Below the pieces are notes generated by a model, which saw nothing but the letters and a program-made list of their open reading frames with translations, was not told where the DNA came from and made no database searches. Shown here piece by piece: positions 38,866 to 46,915 of a DNA stretch of 48,987 nt. The DNA comes from Candidatus Moanibacter sp. (GTDB taxonomy: Bacteria; Verrucomicrobiota; Verrucomicrobiia; Opitutales; UBA2987). Within the stretch, counting starts at the first letter, position 1, and the number at the start of each line of letters is the position of its first letter. Position numbers and translations under genes: made by a program. The stretch covers positions 1-48,987 of the forward strand of contig CBDCEW010000041.1 of assembly GCA_965215885.1 (NCBI GenBank), in the 5' to 3' direction.

Positions 38866-39239
38866 CTAACGCTGATACCAGGGCCGCATCTTCCCCTCCC
38901 TCAGGTCGATCCCGTTCAAGAGCATGCTCAACGCTTCAGGGCGCAATGGAAGCTTCTGATCTTTCAAGTCCACTCCCTGCGGCCAGCTGAACCGACCCTT
39001 CTCTAATCGCTTTGCGAAAACCCATAACCCCGTGCCGTCCCAATACAGAATCTTGACCCGGTCCCGGCTGCGATTGCAGAAGACAAAGTCCGCTCCGCTC
39101 AACGGGTCTTCCTTGAGCTGAGGGCCCCGCTTTATGAATTAGAAACGAAGGAATTAAACCCGAAGCGATTAAAGCTCTTTCGCAGATCCGTTACTCCCAC
39201 GGCCAGGAAAACCTTCATCGTTCCCGGTAAGCTCAGCAT
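38866..39239 (-). pseudogene. tnpB: IS66 TnpB disrupted by a decayed 92-bp mini-element (39125-39168)
   Basis: 25 bp of copy-1 sequence replaced by 48 bp, mostly mini-element fragments; frameshift and stop. Confidence 0.9.
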
Positions 39240-39598
39240 CCCGATTCCCTCAACGCCTTCACCAGACTCGCCACTTGTTCCACCGCAACACCGCAGTCCA
39301 CCTCCACCCGTATCGGGTCCCCTAAGACGATCTCGATCCGATCCTCCGTGACCGCGCTGCTCTGCACCGTAACTTCGGCAAACCGCGCCCCCGCCGATTT
39401 TACCCCGCTGCTTCTGTGCCCGGCCCGGTCCTTGCGCAGCCATCCCATAAAGGTCATATACTTGATACCGTGCCGCTGGGCAAACGCCCTCTGCGTCTGA
39501 TTGCTGCGACGGTATGCGCTTATCAGTCGCCTGCGCTCCTGCCGACTTCGTCGAACGATTCGCTTCGACCGTGTCCGCCCTCTCGTTTTTTCTCCCAT
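39233..39598 (-). CDS. tnpA: IS66 TnpA (copy 2)
   Basis: Protein identical to 121-486. Confidence 0.85.
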   Translation of the reverse strand: MGEKTRGRTRSKRIVRRSRQERRRLISAYRRSNQTQRAFAQRHGIKYMTFMGWLRKDRAGHRSSGVKSAGARFAEVTVQSSAVTEDRIEIVLGDPIRVEVDCGVAVEQVASLVKALRESGC

Positions 39599-40795
39599 CC
39601 CATAATCATATCACGGTCGGCATCTTTGCGCTACAAGGTCGTTGCCCGGTCGCTTACGTTCCACTGACCAGCGGCGGAAGTAGAGATCGGCCAGATCCTC
39701 TACGGTGTATTGGAGGGGGTCGGTAAAGGTGGTCACAAGATCGATCTTTCGGGTACGGAATCCTTTGATCTGAACGAAGAAACGCACCATTCGCAGAGTC
39801 AGTTCGGCCGGTAATTGAGCCCATTCTTCCGGGCTGAACCCGTGCCGTCTCTGCGGTTTTTTCCAGGTCACCAGCCGATCGTATCGGCCCAGTGTTTGGC
39901 CGCTACGGAAGTCGCATTTGCGCCTTTGGTGCAGGCGCATGACCGCGTCCATTTGATGGTTTAGAAGCAGCCCCAGATTGGCATAAGAGCAATAACCGCG
40001 GTCGCACAGAACCACCTCTGCTTTTTTCAAATACCCAACGAATTTGCGCAAAATGCCGCTTTCATGGTTTTTTAAGGTGGTCTCGACACAGTGCAGCAAG
40101 GCCCCGCTGGCCAAACAGAAACAGCCCACCAGAAGCATGACGGGAAATCCGCACCCCTCTTTCTGCCCCCCGGGTTGGGGAAAGGCCCTCTGGTTCTGCT
40201 CGGTATCGGGCATACTGATCCCAGTACCGTCTATCACTCTGACCTCGTGCCCCTTCCACCGCTGCGCTTGCCTTACCTCCTTGTGTATCTGCTCGCTGAC
40301 CTCTTCACCGATCTTTTGTAAGTCCTCTATACCTATGCGCTGACGTGCCTGGCAATAGGCCGAGGTGGAGGAACTGGGCAGGTTCAACTCCCGCTCACTA
40401 CAGTAGCTCTGCACCTTTCTGACGACCTCCCGGCAGGCTGTCTGCGGGGAGAGCACCTGGAACAGAAAGCCCCAGAAGGTCGTTCTGAGTGAGTAGACTC
40501 GTTCCCGGCTGTTTTCTTTTTCGCTCTTGGGTTGCAAAACTCCCAGAGGAATCCACCGATCAAACAGATCCGACAACTCCGATAGAGTTGACTCTCTTAG
40601 ATGAGCCAGTTTTTGCTTTAATTGTGCCAGGGCCGACTTAGGCGGGCGACCGCATAGAATGTGATTAAACCCAGGCAGGAATCTTGTCATATTTTTCATA
40701 CAACAAGATTAGCCTACTAACGGTCATAGTACAAGCTTTTTTACATATTTTTTACAATTATTTTTGGCTTATCTTAGCGCCATTCCAGTCTGACT

Positions 40796-40834
40796 CCAAT
40801 ACGATTCCCATACGATTCGACCCCATACGATTCG
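40796..40834. repeat. Short tandem ATACGATTC x3 beside the IS4 end
   Basis: CCAATACGATTC-CCATACGATTC-GACCCCATACGATTCG. Confidence 0.7.
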
Positions 40835-41066
40835 AGCACCTGACAAGGCTTTAAGGAGCTTACCGTCTAGCTGCTGCAATCACTCCAAGAGAACCCATCA
40901 CTCAGGGGCGTCCACATTCCCGCGCCTCCAGTTAGTCTCACACCGTTCGCATTTGACATTGGGCAAATTCGAGTTCTAATGGTGAAACCCAACTGGGAGC
41001 ATCGGTTGGTCCAAGTAAAAAGCTAATGGAAGTCCGCAAAGCGGGTTTGCGATACCGAAATCGGCA

Positions 41067-42176
41067 ATGGCCTTTAAGATAATCGCCATGAGAATTACCT
41101 GCCGCGCCCTAAGCGCCCTATCGAACCGCACCTGGCAGGCAGCCTTTGTAATATTGCTTGCCACCGCTGGCATAGCCAGGGGAAGTTTCTTCGATGCCCA
41201 CGAACTCATCTCCTTCACCCTGGAGGCCCCGATTTCCGAACTTTATTGGCAACGGGGTGCGGGTGAGAAAGAAGGTAAAGGTCCGATTTATCTTGATTCT
41301 CGCATCACCTACATTGATCCCACCCTCGGCGACCAGACCTTGGATGTCCGCGTGAAGGCTCGCGGGAGACTGCGCCGCCGACCCGAGACCTGCAGCTTTC
41401 CTCCCCTCTGGCTCAATTTCAAGAAGAAGCAGGTCACAGGAACCCTTTTCGAAGGCCTGGACAAGGTTAAGCTAGTCACCCACTGTCAAGGAGACGCCAG
41501 TTTCCAACAGATAGTGGTGAAGGAATTCCTCATCTACCGCACTTTCAATCTATTGACTGATCGCAGCTGCCGCGTGCGCCTTGCGCGGATCACCTACAAA
41601 GACATGAACGGGATGTCGAAGCCCAGGGCGCGGCGATACGGTTTCTTTATCGAGGCGGAAAAGGCGCTGGGGAAAAGAATCGGGGGCAAAATTGTGAAGG
41701 CTAACGAGGTCAATTTCAAACAGTACGATCCGGCAGCTCTCAATCTTGCTTCGGTCTTTCAATACATGATCGGAAATACCGATTACGGCCTACTCGGTGG
41801 CCCTGCTGGTGAGCGATGTTGCCACAACGGCCGCCCGTTCAGGTTTCCGGACCCAAGCGCCCCTTTCATTCCGGTGCCCTATGATTTCGATCTTGCCGGA
41901 ATAATCAACGCTCCTTACGCGAACCCGGACCCCCATTTCGGTCTCAAAAGCGTCAGGGAAAGGTTTTACCGCGGGTTCTGCCATGAAGCCGGCATTCTGG
42001 AGGGAACAATCGAGGTTTTCGATCGTCATCGGCCCGAGATCACCGCGCTGTGGAATACTCAAGTGGAGCTCAAACCGAATGCTCGCAAAGCAGCGTTGTC
42101 CTATATCGGTTCGTTCTATAGCGTCATCGACGACCCGAAGAAACGGAAGCGTCAGATTGAATCGAAGTGCCGTTGA
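41067..42176 (+). CDS. Conserved exported hypothetical protein with CotH/atypical-kinase-like motifs
   Basis: Hydrophobic leader; RGRLRR...CSFPPL.LNFKK, KLVTHC, EFLIY, FQYMIGNTD...HN, PVPYDFD. Confidence 0.6.
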   Translation: MAFKIIAMRITCRALSALSNRTWQAAFVILLATAGIARGSFFDAHELISFTLEAPISELYWQRGAGEKEGKGPIYLDSRITYIDPTLGDQTLDVRVKARGRLRRRPETCSFPPLWLNFKKKQVTGTLFEGLDKVKLVTHCQGDASFQQIVVKEFLIYRTFNLLTDRSCRVRLARITYKDMNGMSKPRARRYGFFIEAEKALGKRIGGKIVKANEVNFKQYDPAALNLASVFQYMIGNTDYGLLGGPAGERCCHNGRPFRFPDPSAPFIPVPYDFDLAGIINAPYANPDPHFGLKSVRERFYRGFCHEAGILEGTIEVFDRHRPEITALWNTQVELKPNARKAALSYIGSFYSVIDDPKKRKRQIESKCR

Positions 42177-42568
42177 CGGCAGGAGTGTCCCTACCTAATT
42201 ATGCATACGTTAGCTGCAGCGCTCATTGTAATAGCCGCTCCGGCCTCGTTACCGCTCCTGCGACTTTGCTCAGAGGCCGCTAATAGGTCATGTTGATCGA
42301 TTTCGGTTGTGATAAAAGGCAGCCACATTCCGTTGCAGTACAATCGCACGCTATGCACCAATGGCACGCCATACGGAATTTTCGTCGGAGGCAGTTTCGG
42401 GATTGACTCGCTCCCGCTCGGGGCTTCGCCCCAAACCTTCGGTTTGCCTGCGTTCGACCTCCTTCGTCGGCCTCTCGGTTCAAACCCGCTCGACTCGCGG
42501 GTTCTCATCCCACCCACCTTTCGCGCCGCGCACGGCGCGAAACTCATTTTCCGCCGGCCGGCGGAAAA

Positions 42569-42661
42569 TGGCGGAGAGGGCGGGATTCGAACCCGCGAGG
42601 CCCTTTTTACAGGCCTACTCCCTTAGCAGGGGAGCGCTTTCGGCCGCTCAGCCACCTCTCC
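42569..42661 (-). tRNA. tRNA-Ser (GCT), CCA encoded
   Basis: GGAGAGGTGGCTGAGCGGCCGAAAGCGCTCCCCTGCTAAGGGAG...long variable arm...GGTTCGAATCCCGCCCTCTCCGCCA. Confidence 0.97.
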
Positions 42662-42831
42662 TTGCGCGATCGGCTCACTCGGAATGGAGCCAATCAGGAC
42701 AAGAGTATTCGACTCTTGATCTGGAAAATCAAATTAATACTGATTAGGGTTTTGAGATTGACAACCAACGGGAAGGAGAAAGCCTCGCCAAAAGGAGAAG
42801 AGAGCCCGGCTCGATTTTCTACCACAAAAAA

Positions 42832-43800
42832 ATGGACACCTTCTGGCTTAAGAGAGCGCAGCGTGAATTCGACCGCGAGCCGATCTCGGCACACCTCTAT
42901 GTGACCGACCGCTGCAATTTGGATTGTTTCTACTGCACGGAATTCGACAATAGTGTGCCGCATCCGGAGTTTGAAGACCTCAAGAAGTGGATTGCAAAGA
43001 TTAAGGACCTGGGTTGCGTCCGCATAGGTCTTCAGGGCGGGGAACCACTCATGCACCCTGACATTGTCGAAATCGTTCGCTTCTGCAAATCGCTCGATCT
43101 GAAGACGAGTATCGCGACAAACGGATTCAAAATCACGAAGGAGCTCATAGCAGGGCTGGAAGACGCCCGGCTCGATTCCATTCATGTTTCGGTGGACCGC
43201 ATGACGCCTATCCGATCGACCCGTAAGTCATTGAAATCCGTGATGCGAAAATTTGAATTATTAAAGGAGTCGAATCTGAAGTACAGCATGTCCGGCGTTC
43301 TCTTTGAGGAGTCGATTGATGAGGCGAAGCAGGTGATCGACTATGGGCTCGACAATGACATTCCGGTTCAGTCTCGTCTCGTTCACGCTGGTACGAACGG
43401 GAAGTTCGCGGTGAAGCAGGGAGGCAAAGAGGCTCTCAAAGAGCTGCTCGACTACCAGGAAAAGAAGAAGAGGCAAGGAAAGCGAATCCAGTGCAGTGGT
43501 CTCCTCATCGATTATCAACGTGACCTCCTGAGCGGAAAGGAGACGGAGTGGACTTGTATAGCCGGCTACAAGTATTTCTTCGTTTCAGCGCAAGGAAAAT
43601 TCTGGCTCTGCAGCATGAAACGAACGCCGAATATCGACATCATGGATGTCACACCTGAGCTCCTTCGCAGCTACAATCATAAAAAAGAGTGTCAGAAGAA
43701 TTGCGGTGTCTACTGTGTCGTTTCGGAGTCCCTCGCTCACCAGGCGCCGGTTCGATTTGCCGCCCGTGAGGTAAAAGATCGTTATCTTTCCAGGGTGTAG
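42832..43800 (+). CDS. Radical SAM protein with C-terminal auxiliary Cys cluster (paralog 1)
   Basis: CNLDCFYC, GGEP, TNG; C-terminal Cx17C and Cx3Cx3C. Confidence 0.9.
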   Translation: MDTFWLKRAQREFDREPISAHLYVTDRCNLDCFYCTEFDNSVPHPEFEDLKKWIAKIKDLGCVRIGLQGGEPLMHPDIVEIVRFCKSLDLKTSIATNGFKITKELIAGLEDARLDSIHVSVDRMTPIRSTRKSLKSVMRKFELLKESNLKYSMSGVLFEESIDEAKQVIDYGLDNDIPVQSRLVHAGTNGKFAVKQGGKEALKELLDYQEKKKRQGKRIQCSGLLIDYQRDLLSGKETEWTCIAGYKYFFVSAQGKFWLCSMKRTPNIDIMDVTPELLRSYNHKKECQKNCGVYCVVSESLAHQAPVRFAAREVKDRYLSRV

Positions 43801-44780
43801 CCTTTCTTATTTTGGTTCTGAAGCAAATACCGGCCCTCCACAACCTGCCAGACCAGGAGAGCCGGGAGTCCGAAGAGGATGCTGCGGGCGCGCACGAGGA
43901 GGGCGAGCGCGAGACCCGTTTCGGGACCGAGACCGAGTGAGGCTCCGAGGACCACGAAGCCACCTTCCTGGACCCCAATGGCCCCGGGAATCATAAAGGC
44001 GGCATTGCGAACCGCGTGCGTCATGCTTTCGAGCATGATGGCCTCGACAATTCCAATCGGATGGTCGAGAAAATGGAGGGCAAGAATGATTTGGCCCGTG
44101 CCGAGAAGAACGCCCAGCATGCGCCAGAGTGCGGCTGAAAAAAGGAACCCCTTCCTCTGATAAGTCTCATCGACGGCTTCATCCAAAGCCTTTGCGCTGC
44201 CCGTGATAGACTCCCAATGACCCACTTTAACGATCTTTTCGACCCGGTGGGCCAATCGCGAAAAGACTCCCCACCGCTGCGCGAAATAGAAGCCGAAGAC
44301 CCCCAACCCAAACAGGAAGATGCCTACAATGGCAGTGTGGGCCGTCTCTCCGAAACCGTAGTAATAAATGAAAAGGGCAATCCCCATGATAACGAACACC
44401 GATTGAGAGGCAATCGCGAGCGTAACGTCGACGACTACGCTAGCTCCCGCTTCAGCGCCGCGAACCCCCCTCAAGGAGAGCAGCCGTACCCTGAGAAACT
44501 CACCTCCTACCTGTGCGACCGGCAACAGACTGTTGACGGATACGCCCACCCAGCGCATCCAGAACAATGTGGGAAGAGGCAAGCGCGAGCCCTTTGGAAA
44601 CAATCGTTGCCAACACGCTACGCTTGCTGAAAAGGGCACCAATTGGAATGCACACATCGCGACAATACCCCAACCCGAATGGGCAAGCGCCGCCCCCACC
44701 TTTCCCACACCCTGATAAACGACCAGTGAAATGAGCAGGGCAATGCCGCATAACCAGAAGAGAATCGCTGCAACCTTCAT
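43782..44780 (-). CDS. HpnL-like / lysylphosphatidylglycerol synthase TM (flippase-like) membrane protein
   Basis: Multi-TM; RWVGVSVNSLLPVAQVGGEFLRVRLL, AGASVVVDVT, AFMIPGAIGVQEGG, ALALLVRAR. Confidence 0.8.
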   Translation of the reverse strand: MKVAAILFWLCGIALLISLVVYQGVGKVGAALAHSGWGIVAMCAFQLVPFSASVACWQRLFPKGSRLPLPTLFWMRWVGVSVNSLLPVAQVGGEFLRVRLLSLRGVRGAEAGASVVVDVTLAIASQSVFVIMGIALFIYYYGFGETAHTAIVGIFLFGLGVFGFYFAQRWGVFSRLAHRVEKIVKVGHWESITGSAKALDEAVDETYQRKGFLFSAALWRMLGVLLGTGQIILALHFLDHPIGIVEAIMLESMTHAVRNAAFMIPGAIGVQEGGFVVLGASLGLGPETGLALALLVRARSILFGLPALLVWQVVEGRYLLQNQNKKGYTLER

Positions 44781-44936
44781 GATTTTCTTCTATGATCCTG
44801 CGCAATAAATGCTCGACCTGCCAGTTCTAACCTCGAATTCTGAAATACTTGACATAAAGACTACCTAGCGCAGCTTAGCCGCAACCAAATTGTTCCTTAA
44901 GGAAACAAGCCTTTTCAAGTTTGTAATATAGGGCAG

Positions 44937-45422
44937 ATGTTAACCCCCCATTCCATTCAAAAATCCAGGTCGGTCGCTTTCGCTCTAATCGCCCTGCCAA
45001 TGATCTTTTTCTGTCAACGGATTAAATCCGAAACAGCCTCACCGGACCTGGAATCTCCCAAAGCGACCCTCATCGTTAAAGTAACGGGCCTTCGCAATAA
45101 TCGGGGAATCGTCAGGTTAGGTCTGTTCAACAGCGAAGAGACTTTTTCCAAAAGGGGAATGACCTACAGGACCGCGAACGTGAGACCTGCTCAAAAAGAG
45201 GCCATCGCGACATTCTCAGATATACCTCGCGGCTATTACGGTGTCTCACTCTATCATGATGAGAATGAAGACGACAGGCACAACCGGGGTTTAATTCTGA
45301 TAGGAATGGAGAAATTCGGATTTTCCAACAATGTGAAACCCGGCCTGGGCCCCCCTCCTTTCGAAAAGGCAAAATTTGCGGTTTATTCGGAAACGAAGAC
45401 GATCACGATTAAGGCGCAATAA
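44937..45422 (+). CDS. DUF2141 domain exported protein
   Basis: V.GLRNNRG.VRLGLF, G.Y.VSLYHDEN, EKFGFSNN...GPPPFEKAKF. Confidence 0.85.
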   Translation: MLTPHSIQKSRSVAFALIALPMIFFCQRIKSETASPDLESPKATLIVKVTGLRNNRGIVRLGLFNSEETFSKRGMTYRTANVRPAQKEAIATFSDIPRGYYGVSLYHDENEDDRHNRGLILIGMEKFGFSNNVKPGLGPPPFEKAKFAVYSETKTITIKAQ

Positions 45423-45526
45423 ACGATGGTCGGGCCTGCCGAAAAAGACCGTCCCGCTCAGCGCATTGGCCTTAGCCGATGACAAAACGGCTTACCTTCA
45501 AGGTGTAACTTGTGCTCGCCGACAGG

Positions 45527-45870
45527 CACGGTGGGATGGAGCGGCCCGTCCTCCATAGCCCTTGGGCGACGGGGGAAGCCCACCGTGGGGAAAAATCTTA
45601 AGGAGAATTCCCACGGATGCAGTAGCCATCCCACTGTTCCTTGCGGTGGTCGAAGGATGAAGGAGAGCAGGTCGGAGATTCCAATCGGCCGCAAGCGGCC
45701 TTCCTACGCCTGGCGGTGGTCGGAACGGCCAATCTGTCTCGAGTTTCCGCGAGGGTAGGAAGCTCGCTTGCGAGCGATGCGGATGGGATAAATCTTTGTC
45801 GTCGTCGTAATCGTAGTCGATGGTCGGTCGGCATGTTCTCGATTTTCGACTACGATTACGATTATGATTG
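45527..45870. repeat. Intergenic REP mosaic: GTAGGAAG-type REP pair (45683-45707, 45755-45778), 16-bp IR of hexamer repeats (45805-45820/45846-45861), CCATAGCCCTTGGGCGACGG unit also at ~25752
   Basis: Read directly; REP units match those inside the MITE at 8992-9057. Confidence 0.75.
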
Positions 45871-45898
45871 GGATAGCTAAAAACCGATCGTCGCGGAC

Positions 45899-46894
45899 CT
45901 ACTTTCCCATATGCCGCCACTCATCGTAAGCCGAGACGGTGCGGACACAACCAACCGTGCATGTAGAGTGACACGGTTTGGGCATATAGAACTGCTCTCT
46001 GAGATCCTCCGCAGTGTATTCGAGCAGTTCCTTCGTAAAAATCCCACGTGTCTGCGAGCACCAGTGGACGATTCCGAATTCGTCAACATACAAATAACGC
46101 GCGCCAGCCCGACATCGAAAAGGCGCTACTCCATCGGCGATGAGCTTTTCGCGATAACTGTCTGCATCTTCAAATCGGGGCCCAATCCGCCTTTTCACCT
46201 CCCTGTAGGCATCCAACTCTTCCCTGCTCAGTTTGAGCTGCCCATTCTCGTCGTGAATGAGGAGAATTCGCGGGATAAATCCGTTACTTCGCGCAAATTC
46301 GATAACCTCCAGCGCCTCTTCCGGCGGTGCGCTACCGATAACGCCACTCATGACCACCTTAAAGCGGGCATACTCCTTCAGCAGAGTGAGTTTCTTTCTC
46401 AAGGGTTTCAGTGTCTTGACCGTAGTTTCATTCGGCTTTACCCCATCCACACTGATCTGCATATCGGTTAACCCGCTCTCATTGAGCGATTCGATCAGTT
46501 CCCTGCTCAGAAAGTATCCATTCGTAATAATGAGCCGGCGTCGAATTCCCAGGGATCTGAGCTCGGCAATCAGTTCCGGCAACTGGGGGTGCATGGTGGG
46601 TTCTCCACCGGTTAAGCACACAGCCCAGCTTTTCAGTTCGCGCAGCTTTCGAAATCGAGTGTAAAGATCCTGAAACGGAACCGGTTCGGATGTCTTATCA
46701 AATTCCGAACAGTAGGCGCAGGATAGATTACAACGACGAATAACAACGATTTGAGTGAGATAGGGACCGAACCGGATCCAATCGAAAAGACTTAGTTCCC
46801 CTCGGCCGTTGCCCTCATGCGACTCTCTTGACAATTGACTCTCCACAACCATAACGGCGATCAAAATCGACTCAGTCCCGCTCAGCGGGGTCAC
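45899..46894 (-). CDS. Radical SAM protein with C-terminal auxiliary Cys cluster (paralog 2)
   Basis: CNLSCAYC, TGGEP, ITNG; C-terminal Cx17C and Cx3Cx3C; start may be slightly downstream. Confidence 0.9.
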   Translation of the reverse strand: MTPLSGTESILIAVMVVESQLSRESHEGNGRGELSLFDWIRFGPYLTQIVVIRRCNLSCAYCSEFDKTSEPVPFQDLYTRFRKLRELKSWAVCLTGGEPTMHPQLPELIAELRSLGIRRRLIITNGYFLSRELIESLNESGLTDMQISVDGVKPNETTVKTLKPLRKKLTLLKEYARFKVVMSGVIGSAPPEEALEVIEFARSNGFIPRILLIHDENGQLKLSREELDAYREVKRRIGPRFEDADSYREKLIADGVAPFRCRAGARYLYVDEFGIVHWCSQTRGIFTKELLEYTAEDLREQFYMPKPCHSTCTVGCVRTVSAYDEWRHMGK

Positions 46895-46915
46895 CGTATT
46901 AACGAAGTTGAGTAC

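Larger units (their letters stand above)
37231..39657 (-). mobile_element. IS66 family element, copy 2 (2427 bp)
   Basis: Same ends as copy 1; 8-bp TSD GTTCCACT at 37223-37230 and 39658-39665. Confidence 0.97.
36801..40699 (-). pseudogene. IS4 family transposase split by IS66 (40699-39658 and 37230-36801)
   Basis: VIDGTG, CDRGYCSY; YREK signature reconstituted across the insertion: YFRRWSVE|LFFRDIK. Confidence 0.92.
36669..40786 (-). mobile_element. IS4 family element interrupted by IS66 copy 2 and a 92-bp mini-element
   Basis: Perfect 21-bp TIR GGAATGGCGCTAAGATAAGCC (36669-36689; 40766-40786). Confidence 0.92.

Noticed and set aside
40787..42661. Integrative element or prophage at tRNA-Ser
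   Set aside because: No integrase and no convincing duplicated tRNA 3' end (only AATCCCG)
42832..46894. RiPP (radical SAM/SPASM peptide) cluster
   Set aside because: No credible precursor peptide, RRE/PqqD domain or peptidase transporter; small ORFs in 45423-45898 are translations of REP repeats
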